A stretch of 64,000 nt of DNA from a virus: IMG/VR virus record IMGVR_UViG_3300023179_000013, positions 1 to 64,000 of that record; one strand, given 5' to 3'. A model generated the notes under the pieces. The model saw only the letters and a list, made by a program, of their open reading frames with translations. It was not told the origin of the DNA and ran no database searches. A program made the position numbers and the translations under genes. Below are positions 16,151 through 27,555 of this stretch, piece after piece; the first letter of the stretch is position 1, and every line of letters starts with the position of its first letter.

Positions 16151-17472
16151 TGGCAGACACAATATCACCTATATCATCCCCTACTCCACCAGCAATACCA
16201 GGTAATGTATCTACTTTAGTATCACCTAGTATATTAGCTAATTTAAAAACCGCTAAACCACCACAAACGTTTGGAGATCAATTATTAGCAGCCGGTTTAG
16301 CTGCAGGAATAAATGCTACTTTAAATTCTACTATAGGAAAATTATATAAACAAAAAGCAGATTTAATTAAAGAAGGAATTCAATTAGATATTGATCATCA
16401 AAAGAAATTAAATCAATTAGAAAAACAACATACACCTGCTAAAAAAGTAGTTAATGGTCAAGTTCAAGATATTCCACCTCAATTAACGGATGAAGAATAT
16501 AATAGAGCGGTTGCTATTGAAGAAGCAAATTATAAAGCAGCTCAAGTAAACCTACAAGAAAGAAAGGATAAAAATAAAAAAGATATTGATGATTATTTAA
16601 AAGATCCTTTTGCAAAACAAAAAGAAAAAAGAAAAAAACGTAAAGAAGCTAGAGCAAAAGCAAAACAAAGAACTAAAAAAGAAAAACAAGCAGCTAGAAA
16701 ACAAAAAAGAAAAGCCGTTTTAAAAAATATTAAAAAAACAATAGTTCCAATTTTAACTTTATTATTAACAGATAAGATAGCTGAAGTTATTTCTCAAAAT
16801 GATGTAATAAAAGAATTAGTAGACAAAACCAATGCTATAATTGAAGATGCTAATATTTCAAATGACCCAACAAAATTAGAAAATGCTAAAGTAGTAAGAG
16901 ACAATGCTATACGAGTAATACAAAGTAATGAAGATAAAATAATTAAAATTAATGACCAAATAAAAAGAATAACAATTTACATTACTATATTCAGTACTAT
17001 AATCTCAATATTAACTGCTATTCCTATTCCTACTGCTGTTCCTCCTGGTATTGGTATACCCGTAAATGTTATTACAAAAATAGTAGTAATATTAGAAAAG
17101 GCAAATAAAATAGTACTTGCTTTAAGTGCATTATTACCAACAATAATTGTTAGTTTAGAAAAAGCAATACAAATATTGGAAGAATATAAAGCACAATTAT
17201 TACTAATAAATGGCGAATTAGAATCAAATTTACCACCAACATCAATTACTTTAGGCACAGCAGATTATGGAGAATATAAAGGATTTAAATTTGCTTTACG
17301 TGAAGAAAATAATCCTAAATTTGAAGTAAGAGGCAATAAACGCCACTATGCTGTAGCTATTAATAAACAAAATGTTGAACAATTAAAAAGTGATTCATCC
17401 TTTACATTAGATCCAAATAATTTAATAGAGCAATTAAAATTAATAATAGATCGACAAAATTTACAAGGTTAA
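16150..17472 (+). CDS. coiled-coil protein with hydrophobic hairpin, probable virion protein
   Basis: Basic coiled coil plus TM-like IPIPTAVPPGIGIP segment. Confidence 0.6.
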   Translation: MADTISPISSPTPPAIPGNVSTLVSPSILANLKTAKPPQTFGDQLLAAGLAAGINATLNSTIGKLYKQKADLIKEGIQLDIDHQKKLNQLEKQHTPAKKVVNGQVQDIPPQLTDEEYNRAVAIEEANYKAAQVNLQERKDKNKKDIDDYLKDPFAKQKEKRKKRKEARAKAKQRTKKEKQAARKQKRKAVLKNIKKTIVPILTLLLTDKIAEVISQNDVIKELVDKTNAIIEDANISNDPTKLENAKVVRDNAIRVIQSNEDKIIKINDQIKRITIYITIFSTIISILTAIPIPTAVPPGIGIPVNVITKIVVILEKANKIVLALSALLPTIIVSLEKAIQILEEYKAQLLLINGELESNLPPTSITLGTADYGEYKGFKFALREENNPKFEVRGNKRHYAVAINKQNVEQLKSDSSFTLDPNNLIEQLKLIIDRQNLQG

Positions 17473-17484
17473 ATATTTATTTAT

Positions 17485-17847
17485 ATGAACATTAAATTAT
17501 TTAAAAAATTAATTAAAGAAGCAGTAACTGAGGCTATTTATGAAGAATTGCCTGATTTAATTGAAGAAGCATTAGCTAAGCACAACAAACAACCATTGAA
17601 CGAAAACAGAACAATGAGTTTTACTAGTGCTGATGTAGCTCCGTTATCTAAAGATGTACGTAGCTCATTAATGGCTAAAATGGGTGCTGAATTTGGGTTT
17701 CAACAACCACAACGCAATGATTTAAAAGTAATCGATGCTGTTGATCCATCAACAGGAGATAAAGTAAATCCTTACTTAGCATTTATCAATGATGCTGCTA
17801 ATAATATGACTGCACATGATAGATCAGGATTAAGAAATTTAGATTAA
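17485..17847 (+). CDS. hypothetical protein with class-B head tag
   Basis: MNIKLFKKLIKEAVTEAIYE. Confidence 0.7.
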   Translation: MNIKLFKKLIKEAVTEAIYEELPDLIEEALAKHNKQPLNENRTMSFTSADVAPLSKDVRSSLMAKMGAEFGFQQPQRNDLKVIDAVDPSTGDKVNPYLAFINDAANNMTAHDRSGLRNLD

Positions 17848-17848
17848 T

Positions 17849-18262
17849 ATGCCAATACCTCAAACAGTACGTGTCAACCCGCTAGATTTGCAAGGAAACA
17901 TTGCTATTGGGGTATCTTTACCTTTTAATGGCCCTTCAGGCCCATTTAATAGTACATATAGTACTAAAGATCAGATTAAATCTAATTTAATTAATCTTTT
18001 ACTTACTAATAAAGGTGAAAGGGTAATGAATCCTGAATTTGGTGCTGATTTAGGTACAGTATTATTTGAGGGTATTACAGAAGATACTTCTTCTCTAATA
18101 AAAACTTTAATTAGAACTAATGTTAATTTGTTTGTTCCTGAAGTAATATTAACAGACATAATTATAGATTCATCTCCTGATACTTACAAAATTTCTATTA
18201 CTGTGAAGTATAGATTAAAAATATCACAAAATGCTGATCAAGTAACTGTACAATTTATATAA
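17849..18262 (+). CDS. gp25: baseplate wedge/sheath initiator (gp25/GPW family)
   Basis: IKSNLINLLLTNKGERVMNPEFG..L...LFE signature. Confidence 0.9.
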   Translation: MPIPQTVRVNPLDLQGNIAIGVSLPFNGPSGPFNSTYSTKDQIKSNLINLLLTNKGERVMNPEFGADLGTVLFEGITEDTSSLIKTLIRTNVNLFVPEVILTDIIIDSSPDTYKISITVKYRLKISQNADQVTVQFI

Positions 18263-18263
18263 A

Positions 18264-20084
18264 ATGGCTGATAATAACGTATCATATTTAAATAAAACTT
18301 TTAGTGATTTTAAGAGTAATCTTATAAATTATGCTAAAACCTATTTCCCAACATCATACAATGACTTCTCAGAATCAACTCCTGGAGGATTATTTATAGA
18401 AATGTCATCCTATGTGGGTGATGTAATGTCATTTTACTTGGATACTCAAACTCAAGAAAATTTCTTATTATACGCTAAAGAAAGAGAAAATTTATTTGCT
18501 TTATCTTATATGTTAGGATATCGCCCTAAAGTATCATACGCTTCTAATACAAATGTAGATATTTATCAATTAATACCTACATCAGGTTCTGGAGGTAATT
18601 TATCTCCTGATTATAGTTACGCCTTAATTATTCCTGAAAATACTTCTCTTACTTCTAATAGTAATAATACTAAATTTTTAACTACTGAAAAAATAGATTT
18701 TAGAGATACAGGAAGTATGGAAATTACTTTTGTAAATAATAATTATTTTTTACTTAAAAAAAGCAGCAAAGCAATTTCAGCCGAAATAAAATCTACTACT
18801 TTATCTTTTTCCACCCCTGAAAAGTTTAATATAGCTACTATATCAGATACAAATATTTTACAAATATTAGATGCTACTGATACTCAAGGTAATAAATGGT
18901 ATGAAGTACCTTATTTAGCCCAATCCACTATATTTGATAAAATTGAAAATCCAACTTCAGGTAGTGATGGTGTACCTTATTTAGTACAATTAAGAAGAGT
19001 ACCTCGTCGTTATGTGTCTCGTTTCTTATCAGACAATTCATTACAATTAGAATTTGGAGCAGGTGTTTCTAATAAATCTGATAATATTATTCTTCCTAAT
19101 CCTGATAATATTCAACTTGGATTAGTTCCTGGTATATCTAATTTATATAATAATTTTAATAAAGCTTCTGTATTTTATACACAAGAATATGGTTTAGCTC
19201 CAAGTAGTAATATTACTATTAGATATCTTGTTGGAGGTGGAATAACTTCTAATGTTGCTTCAAATACTATAACTACTATAGATAACTCATTAGCCTACTT
19301 TCCTAGTGGTGTTACTGGTCCTTTAGCTACTACTATTTTAAATAGCGTAGCCTCTAATAACCCCGGAGTAGCATCAGGAGGTAGAAATGGAGATCAAGTT
19401 GAAGAAATTCGTAATAATGCTTTATATGCTTATCAATCTCAATTACGTGCTGTGACTAGAGAAGATTATATGGTAAGAGCATTATCTTTACCTACAGATT
19501 ATGGTTCAATATCTAAAGTATATGTTACACAAGATGTAGCTCAAGAAATAATACCTACCTCTACAGTAGCAACTACTGAGGGTCGTAATCCATTATCATT
19601 AGATATGTACATATTAGGTTATGATATTAATAAAAATCTAATAACAGCTTCTACTACATTAAAATCTAACTTAGCAACTTATATTAACCAATTTAGAATG
19701 GTTACAGATGCTATTAATATTAAAGATGCTTTCTATATTAATATAGGTGTTAATTTTGATATTGTAGTAGCTAGTGGATATAGTAATAATGATGTTGTAA
19801 CTAATTGTATTTTAGCTTTACAAGACCATTTTAATATTGATAAATGGAATATTAATCAACCAATTGTATTGTCAGATATTACCTCTCGTTTATTGCAGGT
19901 TAAAGGTGTACAAAATGTAATTAAGGTTGAAATTGTAAATAAACAAGGAGGAAATTATTCTCAATATGCTTATGATATTCCTGGAGCTACAAGACAAGGT
20001 AATATTTATCCGTCATTAGATCCAAGTATATTTGAAGTTAGGTTCCCTAACACAGATATTCAAGGCCGAGTTGTACCATTTTAA
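18264..20084 (+). CDS. gp6: baseplate wedge protein (gp6/baseplate J-like)
   Basis: F..FKSNLINYA, DVMSFYLD, LGYRP, ASGG, RAVTREDY motifs. Confidence 0.85.
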   Translation: MADNNVSYLNKTFSDFKSNLINYAKTYFPTSYNDFSESTPGGLFIEMSSYVGDVMSFYLDTQTQENFLLYAKERENLFALSYMLGYRPKVSYASNTNVDIYQLIPTSGSGGNLSPDYSYALIIPENTSLTSNSNNTKFLTTEKIDFRDTGSMEITFVNNNYFLLKKSSKAISAEIKSTTLSFSTPEKFNIATISDTNILQILDATDTQGNKWYEVPYLAQSTIFDKIENPTSGSDGVPYLVQLRRVPRRYVSRFLSDNSLQLEFGAGVSNKSDNIILPNPDNIQLGLVPGISNLYNNFNKASVFYTQEYGLAPSSNITIRYLVGGGITSNVASNTITTIDNSLAYFPSGVTGPLATTILNSVASNNPGVASGGRNGDQVEEIRNNALYAYQSQLRAVTREDYMVRALSLPTDYGSISKVYVTQDVAQEIIPTSTVATTEGRNPLSLDMYILGYDINKNLITASTTLKSNLATYINQFRMVTDAINIKDAFYINIGVNFDIVVASGYSNNDVVTNCILALQDHFNIDKWNINQPIVLSDITSRLLQVKGVQNVIKVEIVNKQGGNYSQYAYDIPGATRQGNIYPSLDPSIFEVRFPNTDIQGRVVPF

Positions 20085-20097
20085 AATTTAAAAATAT

Positions 20098-20697
20098 ATG
20101 AATCTAGACAAATTAAAAGGACACGTACCTGATGCTGTTATAGCTCAGTTACCAGACACAATTGCAAAATTCGAACTAAATACTCCATTACGTTTAGCAC
20201 ATTTCTTAGCTCAAGCTGGACACGAAAGTGGTGGTTTTAAAGTATTAAATGAGAATTTAAATTATAGTGCTAAAGGTTTACTAGGAGTATTTAAAAAATA
20301 TTTCCCTGATGGAACTAAAGCCGCTTTATACGAGCGCAAACCAGAAAAAATTGCTAACCTAGTTTATGGTGGCCGTATGGGTAATGGTCCTGAAGCATCA
20401 GGAGATGGATATAAGTTCCGTGGTCGTGGTTACATTCAATTAACTGGAAAAGATAATTATAAAGCATTCGATGCTGTAGTCCCTGAAAATTTAATTGAAT
20501 CACCAGATTTAGTAGCTACTAAATATCCATTATTATCCGCTGCTTGGTTTTTTCATAAAAACGGATTACATAAAATTGCAGATCAAGGTGCTACTGATGC
20601 TGTTGTAACCTCTATTACTAAACGTGTCAATGGTGGTACAATTGGCCTACCAGATCGAATCAAACATTTCAAGGAATACTACGCCTGTTTGGCCTAA
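20098..20697 (+). CDS. GH19 chitinase-like endolysin
   Basis: AHFLAQAGHESGGF, ENLNYS, FRGRGYIQLTGKDNY, TKRVNGG. Confidence 0.92.
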   Translation: MNLDKLKGHVPDAVIAQLPDTIAKFELNTPLRLAHFLAQAGHESGGFKVLNENLNYSAKGLLGVFKKYFPDGTKAALYERKPEKIANLVYGGRMGNGPEASGDGYKFRGRGYIQLTGKDNYKAFDAVVPENLIESPDLVATKYPLLSAAWFFHKNGLHKIADQGATDAVVTSITKRVNGGTIGLPDRIKHFKEYYACLA

Positions 20698-20742
20698 AAA
20701 GACAATAGTTTGTCATATTTATATGTAGTAATCATGTAAATT

Positions 20743-21852
20743 ATGGCAATTTATAAAATATTTCCTGAAAAGAGTGCTACTCTCTATTCTTATTATCCTT
20801 CCCTTAACACAGGTTTGGATGAAATACTTGAACTTAGCACTTTTGAATCTACTGAAGGTACTAATGAGGTATCTCGCCCTATTATTAAATTCCCATCAAG
20901 TGAAATTAGTGATGTACTTACTAATAAAGTAGGTACAGCTAGTTTTGATTGCTATTTAAAATTATATTTAGCTAACGCTTCATCAATTCCATTAAGTTAT
21001 AATATATTTTGTCACCCATTATCATTAGATTGGAATATGGGTACAGGTAGAGCTGCTAATTTACCTATTACAACAGACGGTGCTAGTTGGGGATATACAC
21101 AAAAAAGTGGAAGTGGTGCATGGTTTAACCCATTAGCATTTCCTAGTGGACAAACAGGTTCATATAACTCTGGGTCAAACATTGGAGGTGGATTATGGTA
21201 TACTGCATCAGCATATGTTGCTACTCAATCGTTTACCTTCACATCAACAGGTGATATTGAATTAAAAGTAACCAACACGGTTAGCGCTAGTTATACTAAT
21301 ATAATACCAAACTATGGTTTCATTTTAAAACACAGTAGTTCAATAGAATTTACTACTGCTTCTAAATTTGAAACAAAATATTTTTCAGGAAATACTCATA
21401 CTATTTATCCCCCATGTTTAGAAATTAGATGGGATGATTTTACATATAATACTGGTTCTCAATCAGTAATGGATTCTGATTTATATTACGCTAGTTTAGG
21501 TAATAATAAAAATTATTATCAACAAGATTCAGTACAGCGTTTTAATGTTAAAGTTAGAGCAAAATATCCTCCTAGAACATTCCAAACATCTTCGTTTAAC
21601 TATGCTTTAGTAAATTATGCTTTACCTTCTTCTTCATATTGGTCAATAATAGATTTGGATAGTGAAGAAACTGTCGTAGATTACGATACAACATATACTA
21701 AAATTAGCTGTAGCCCAAGTGGTAGCTATTTTAATGTATATATGAATGGTTTAGAACCAGAACGTTATTATAAATTATTATTTAAATCTGTATTAAGTAA
21801 TGGTGAAATAATAGTGTTTGATGAAAATTATTATTTTAAAGTTGTTAGATAA
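20743..21852 (+). CDS. virion structural protein
   Basis: S/T/G-rich beta protein in the baseplate cluster. Confidence 0.6.
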   Translation: MAIYKIFPEKSATLYSYYPSLNTGLDEILELSTFESTEGTNEVSRPIIKFPSSEISDVLTNKVGTASFDCYLKLYLANASSIPLSYNIFCHPLSLDWNMGTGRAANLPITTDGASWGYTQKSGSGAWFNPLAFPSGQTGSYNSGSNIGGGLWYTASAYVATQSFTFTSTGDIELKVTNTVSASYTNIIPNYGFILKHSSSIEFTTASKFETKYFSGNTHTIYPPCLEIRWDDFTYNTGSQSVMDSDLYYASLGNNKNYYQQDSVQRFNVKVRAKYPPRTFQTSSFNYALVNYALPSSSYWSIIDLDSEETVVDYDTTYTKISCSPSGSYFNVYMNGLEPERYYKLLFKSVLSNGEIIVFDENYYFKVVR

Positions 21853-22193
21853 TGTCTCAAATTCCTATAGAGAAACAAGTATTTGATAAAAATCAATATG
21901 GAAAAGTAATTGATACCCAATTTCATCAATTATTAAACCAGCAACAAGAGGAACCTACTCCTACATTTACTCTTGAAGATTTTTTTGAATTATATGATCA
22001 ATTGTTTTATCAAATACCAAAAGAAGGAGATGTGGATTCACATAGATTTATTTTGCAAAGAGAAGCAGAATATTTAGGAGTAATTATAGATCAAGAAGAC
22101 ATTCAAGCTTTACTTGATGAAATTACTTCATTAAGACAACAAGTATTAGATACTCAGACATCTTTAAATGAAGTAAACCAAACTATTAAATAA
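21852..22193 (+). CDS. hypothetical protein in the tail cluster
   Basis: TAATG coupling; C-terminal coiled coil. Confidence 0.65.
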   Translation: MSQIPIEKQVFDKNQYGKVIDTQFHQLLNQQQEEPTPTFTLEDFFELYDQLFYQIPKEGDVDSHRFILQREAEYLGVIIDQEDIQALLDEITSLRQQVLDTQTSLNEVNQTIK

Positions 22194-22195
22194 CA

Positions 22196-25100
22196 ATGGC
22201 TGATAATATTAAAATAATAGGTAATATTGTTAATACAAGTATAACTTCTCGTTATTCTTTAAAGGACACTAATTTAATTGAATCTAAAAAGTTACAAGAA
22301 TTTTTTGGCGGAGATGGAGATTATATTGAATATTACTCATATGATATAGCAGGAAATATTTTAGGAATAGACTATGATTATATTAATTATAAACTTCCTC
22401 CCTCTAGTAATCTTAAACCAGGAGCTCAATCTCTTCCTAATACAAGAGGGCGTATTCAAACTAACAATGTAGGAATAGATGCTACTTTAGCTCCCCAAAC
22501 TAGTTCATTATATCCTATTATTGAAATAGATCCTGTTAATGATTTAAAAAATTCAGGGTATTCATCTGGGGAATTTCAAATAAAATATAATTTTTTTCAA
22601 AATAAAATATCTAATCCTTTTGAAAGAGGATTATTTGTTAAAGAAATATCTCAAGATAGAACTGAGATAAGATTAGCTTCTACTATATTAACAAATGAAC
22701 AAATCGAAAGTGGTTCATTAGCATTAATTGAAAAAATAAATACCTCTAACTATTATGTAGATTATTTATTAAATTTTGGTAATAATGAACAATATGTAGC
22801 TGTTAATGTTGCTTTAAATAAAGATCCTGGTGGATATGAAATTTTATTTAAATTATATCAACCTTTACCTTTAAATGTACAAGAAAAACAAACATTATGG
22901 GTTGTTGAGGAAAAAGTAAATCCATATGTGTTTGATGTAAATTTAGATAAATTAATTCTTCCTCCACCTGCCCCTACTTTAAGAGGACCTAATTTTAATA
23001 TTCCTATTGAAAATCAAGGTACTATATCTACTGCTTATGGTAATTATTCTGGTTTAATAACTAATCTTCAATCTTTACAAAGCTCATCATATAACCAGAT
23101 TCAAAGTTTACTTGCTACGCAAAGTATAGATATAAATGTAGATTATACTGATTTTAATAATTTTATATTTTTTGGTTCAGCTAAACAGCGTGTAGTTAAT
23201 TTCTATACTAAAGTTAAGGAAATAGAAGATTATAGAAATTTTATAAATCAATATACTCCATTTGTTGCTACAACAGCTAGTTTACAAACAACCATAAACC
23301 AATACTCAGCAAGCATTAATACTACCATATCTCAATTTGATGGATATGAATATTATTTATATTTTGAATCTAGTTCATATGCTTGGCCTAAATCAGGTTC
23401 ATTAAAACCATTTAGTTTACTTTCAACGGGGTCTGCTACTGTAGTTAGCTGGTATAATGCTCTAACTGGGTCTGCCGAAGACTATGATGAAACTAACTAT
23501 GATAATTTAGAATTTGCTGTTCCTACTTTTATTCGTGATGATGGAAATAATCAACCATTCTTGACATTCTTGAATATGGTTGGACATTATTTCGATAACA
23601 TTTGGGTTTATTTAAAAGCAGTTACTGATATTAATTTAGCAAACAATAATTTAGATTATGGTATATCTAGAGATTTAGTATACCAACAATTAAAATCTTT
23701 AGGTGTTAAGTTATATAATAGCCAAGCTGGTGATAGTGTAGATGGATATTTACTTGGTGCTAATACAGGTAGTAGCATATTTGATAATAATTTTACTATT
23801 ACTGGAAGTTATTTAAATAATATTCCTCGTGCTGACTTAGTAGCAGAATTATATAAACGTATTTATCATAACTTACCTTTATTATTAAAAACAAAAGGTA
23901 CTGTTGCTGGTTTAGATTACTTAATGACTACATTTGGTATTCCAAACCAAACATACTATATGATCACTAGTGGATCTATTAGTAGTTCATTTTATACCCC
24001 AACTGGTAGCAATTCCACCTCCAGTATATTAAATGTTAAAGAATTTGGAGGATCACTTAAAAAAGACTTAATTAAAGGATACAACAATGATAAAGTAAGA
24101 ATTGTATCTAATACCATAACAGGTAGTGTATTATCATCTGAATTAAGCCTTCAAACATTTCCTACAGCATCTTCCCAGTTTAGAGATGATGACTTGAATT
24201 ACATAGATATATCTTTTAGCCCACAAAACCAAATAGATACTTACATATCTAAGTCTATTTCCTCTAATAATCCTACTTGGAGTTTAGATGATTTTATTGG
24301 AGACCCAAGACAACAATACAGTGCATCTTATATTGATTTAGATACCCAACGCAAACTATATTTTCAAACAGGAGTACCAGGATATCCTGGTTTTACTGGT
24401 TCACTTTTAGATTATAATGGATTCATCAGATTAATTGAATATTTTGATAATTCATTATTTAAAATGTTAAATGATTTTGTTCCTGAAAGAACAAGTCTAT
24501 CTACAGGTGTTACTATTAATTCTCCTGTACTTGAAAGAAATAAAGCTGTTTATTCTGTACCTAGTGCTAATAATCAAACAGTATATGAGGCCGAATATCA
24601 AACATCTTCAATTGCTGGACAATATGGTCAACTTTATACTGCTTTACAAGGTGATAAAAAACCATTCTTTACTGGTGAATTAAGTGGAAGTGTAATTGAT
24701 GTTAATCAATATTTTGAAGATGATTTCAATCCATACGATGGAGATTGGAATGTATGGAACTTACAACATACTATTAGTGAAAGTATTAACCTAAATTCAT
24801 TCCTCCACTCAGATTGGAATGTATTATTAAATAATGTTTCTCAAAGTGTAACATCTAATATAAGAAAACGCATTGAATATATATATGGCACCACAGGTAG
24901 TATTACAAGTAGTGCTCAATTACAAGATTCATATTTAACTTTAAGATCATATAATACCTCTCGTTATGATGGTTCTAAAGTAACAAGTTTATTGTACAAT
25001 ACTTATACTAGTGGATCTTATACCGGTTCCGATGGTCGTACTATTGTAACAGGAGATAAATCATTTGGTAAAACAGCAGCTATTGATCGTAATTCTTACA

Positions 25101-26857
25101 AAGTAGCTTGGGTTAAAAACATTCCATCTCAAAGTTTAAATTTCTACGATAAAACATCTATTAATTTAAAATATTTAGTAGATGCTAATAACAATTTAAT
25201 TGAACTATCCAGAGGTAATTTAAACCTACCAGAAGTTCAAAGAACATTTCGATCTGGAGACCCAGTAATATTATCTATTTCTGATGTTAAAAACCCATCT
25301 AATCAAACAACTTTAGATGGTACTAAAAATATTTGGAAAGGTGGATATTCATTTGATCCTATATTATTTAGAGAAAACAATGAACCCTTATATTTTATAC
25401 ATGATAATTTTATAAGTTCATCCATTGCTCGTTTAGGTATAAAAGCTTTTAGTAGAGATGCTTTTAGATATTTTTCATTCCACCCTGCTGGTACTGGTAA
25501 TGACGGTATAAATGCCCCACCTACAGTTGTAGCTAATGGAAATGCTTCTACAGGAAATACTGGAGGATATGTTTTTACTATAAATAATGTATCTAATACT
25601 ACTGATCCTATGTCTTATAGATCTTTTACCTATAATGAATGGACACAGTTTTTTGTTAACCCTGCCCCAACTTCTATCCCACGCCCCCTAATTAATTTTA
25701 CCCTCCCACCAGGAGACTGGAATGCAAGAAATTATGATCGAAGTACCTTTCTTCCTAACAATTTAATAAATACTAATATTGCATTTGTGTATGCTTTTGA
25801 TTTATTAAATTTTAATGATTTTAATTTTGGAGGATACAACACAGAACCAGATAGATCAGTTTATTCCCCACTAGGTAATTCAACTTATAATTATTATAAA
25901 GTACCAAGAACAAGTACTTATAAAGTATCAGGATCAATTCCTATTGATCTTCGCATTGATGATTATCGTTTTCAAGGAGCCGCTATTAAATTAGTAGGAC
26001 TAGTAATGACTTCTACTAATCCTACTTCTCAAAACCCATCAGATTGGTCTATAAAAGCTGCTACTCAAATTTCTGTTGTTAATTTAAACAATGGAACACA
26101 GGTCCCTAATATTGGTTATAATTTTGTATTAAGTGATAACCCAGGACCTTTTGCTCCAAGTGCATTTTCTTCTTTTAATTTAAAATTAAACGATACATTA
26201 TCTTTAACTACTGGAGAATATGTAAGATTTCAACTTTATTTAATAGATGGAAGTAACATATTTGGAAACGGAGGAAGTGAAGGAACAACAGGAATTAACT
26301 TTTTAATAAATCCATCTAATCTTTCTAATAGAGCTTATTTTGAAATATTTGATACTTCTTTAAATACAATTCAATATCAATTTACTTCTTCGTATTCTCA
26401 ACCTGTTCCTTTCTTTACTGCTAGTTCATCAAATACTTTAGTATTTAATTCTTCGGCTTCTTATTTATTTACAACAGCTTCAACATTTATTCCTCAACCC
26501 CCAGCTGCTAATTATTATTCACCAGTAATAGATTACTTTAGAATACAGAAATATGATATATTAAGGATAGGAAGTTTTAATTCTCCTATATACTCTTATT
26601 ATGAAGTAACAAACGTAAGTGCTTCTTCTACCCAATATTACGTAACATTAGATAGAAATATAGAGTCTTCTTCATATAATAATGCTGTTGGATTTGCCTT
26701 TTTAAGACCAAAACCAGATGAAACCTCAGTAATAGTTAATTTTAAGAAATCTCCTGGAGAGGTTTCTCAAACTATCTTAGTACCATACGATGCTAATGGT
26801 GCTATTAAGGGTTCATTAGGTAATATATTCAAAACTCTTAATACTGATCTACAATAA
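22196..26857 (+). CDS. large baseplate wedge/tail protein (gp7-like module)
   Basis: 1553 aa; FLNMVGHYFD...LLLKTKGT...FG motif typical of wedge/tail-I proteins; beta-rich C-terminus. Confidence 0.65.
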   Translation: MADNIKIIGNIVNTSITSRYSLKDTNLIESKKLQEFFGGDGDYIEYYSYDIAGNILGIDYDYINYKLPPSSNLKPGAQSLPNTRGRIQTNNVGIDATLAPQTSSLYPIIEIDPVNDLKNSGYSSGEFQIKYNFFQNKISNPFERGLFVKEISQDRTEIRLASTILTNEQIESGSLALIEKINTSNYYVDYLLNFGNNEQYVAVNVALNKDPGGYEILFKLYQPLPLNVQEKQTLWVVEEKVNPYVFDVNLDKLILPPPAPTLRGPNFNIPIENQGTISTAYGNYSGLITNLQSLQSSSYNQIQSLLATQSIDINVDYTDFNNFIFFGSAKQRVVNFYTKVKEIEDYRNFINQYTPFVATTASLQTTINQYSASINTTISQFDGYEYYLYFESSSYAWPKSGSLKPFSLLSTGSATVVSWYNALTGSAEDYDETNYDNLEFAVPTFIRDDGNNQPFLTFLNMVGHYFDNIWVYLKAVTDINLANNNLDYGISRDLVYQQLKSLGVKLYNSQAGDSVDGYLLGANTGSSIFDNNFTITGSYLNNIPRADLVAELYKRIYHNLPLLLKTKGTVAGLDYLMTTFGIPNQTYYMITSGSISSSFYTPTGSNSTSSILNVKEFGGSLKKDLIKGYNNDKVRIVSNTITGSVLSSELSLQTFPTASSQFRDDDLNYIDISFSPQNQIDTYISKSISSNNPTWSLDDFIGDPRQQYSASYIDLDTQRKLYFQTGVPGYPGFTGSLLDYNGFIRLIEYFDNSLFKMLNDFVPERTSLSTGVTINSPVLERNKAVYSVPSANNQTVYEAEYQTSSIAGQYGQLYTALQGDKKPFFTGELSGSVIDVNQYFEDDFNPYDGDWNVWNLQHTISESINLNSFLHSDWNVLLNNVSQSVTSNIRKRIEYIYGTTGSITSSAQLQDSYLTLRSYNTSRYDGSKVTSLLYNTYTSGSYTGSDGRTIVTGDKSFGKTAAIDRNSYKVAWVKNIPSQSLNFYDKTSINLKYLVDANNNLIELSRGNLNLPEVQRTFRSGDPVILSISDVKNPSNQTTLDGTKNIWKGGYSFDPILFRENNEPLYFIHDNFISSSIARLGIKAFSRDAFRYFSFHPAGTGNDGINAPPTVVANGNASTGNTGGYVFTINNVSNTTDPMSYRSFTYNEWTQFFVNPAPTSIPRPLINFTLPPGDWNARNYDRSTFLPNNLINTNIAFVYAFDLLNFNDFNFGGYNTEPDRSVYSPLGNSTYNYYKVPRTSTYKVSGSIPIDLRIDDYRFQGAAIKLVGLVMTSTNPTSQNPSDWSIKAATQISVVNLNNGTQVPNIGYNFVLSDNPGPFAPSAFSSFNLKLNDTLSLTTGEYVRFQLYLIDGSNIFGNGGSEGTTGINFLINPSNLSNRAYFEIFDTSLNTIQYQFTSSYSQPVPFFTASSSNTLVFNSSASYLFTTASTFIPQPPAANYYSPVIDYFRIQKYDILRIGSFNSPIYSYYEVTNVSASSTQYYVTLDRNIESSSYNNAVGFAFLRPKPDETSVIVNFKKSPGEVSQTILVPYDANGAIKGSLGNIFKTLNTDLQ

Positions 26858-27504
26858 TGAGAACATTATATTATACGCCTGCCTCATCGTCTTTAGTTTC
26901 TATAGAAGAAAATGGTACTACTCTATATTGGTATAATGTAACAAATGTATTTATATCTGCTAGTTCATATAGTGTTCCAGATAGTGGATCTTCTGATTTT
27001 GGAGCTACTGTAGGAGATATTAGAATAACAGCATATAGCGGTAGCACATTACTTGCTACTTTTCCTGTATATGAAACTACTTTATATTATCCCCCATTTC
27101 CATTATCTTCAAACATAAGTAGTTCTTTTGTTTCTTCTTCTGCCCCTCCTATTACATATAATCAACTATCATGGTACTTTAACTTTGATTCATCTTCCTT
27201 TACACCAGGAGAAGCATTGGGGATTATAAGTACTATAAATAATACAACAACAACATCCTCTGTCTTATATGTAGCCGGGGAAACAGGGTCAGGAATAATT
27301 AGAATTTTAACAAATAATTCACATTCTTTATTTGTATCAGGAAGTGGAAGTTATGATGCTTATATATATGTTAATAATACAACATTAGGATCATCATCTG
27401 TTGCTGTATCTTCCTCAGCAAGCACACCATTATCAGCATCGTTTATTCCTTTATCTTATTATAATTATGAAGTAACATTTTCTGTTGCTTATACAGCTCC
27501 ATAA
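26857..27504 (+). CDS. Ser-rich putative tail accessory protein
   Basis: TAATG coupling; Ser/Tyr-rich beta composition. Confidence 0.55.
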   Translation: MRTLYYTPASSSLVSIEENGTTLYWYNVTNVFISASSYSVPDSGSSDFGATVGDIRITAYSGSTLLATFPVYETTLYYPPFPLSSNISSSFVSSSAPPITYNQLSWYFNFDSSSFTPGEALGIISTINNTTTTSSVLYVAGETGSGIIRILTNNSHSLFVSGSGSYDAYIYVNNTTLGSSSVAVSSSASTPLSASFIPLSYYNYEVTFSVAYTAP

Positions 27505-27555
27505 TTAAAAACAAATTTTTAATATATTTATAGTATATACAACAAATAGTAAACA

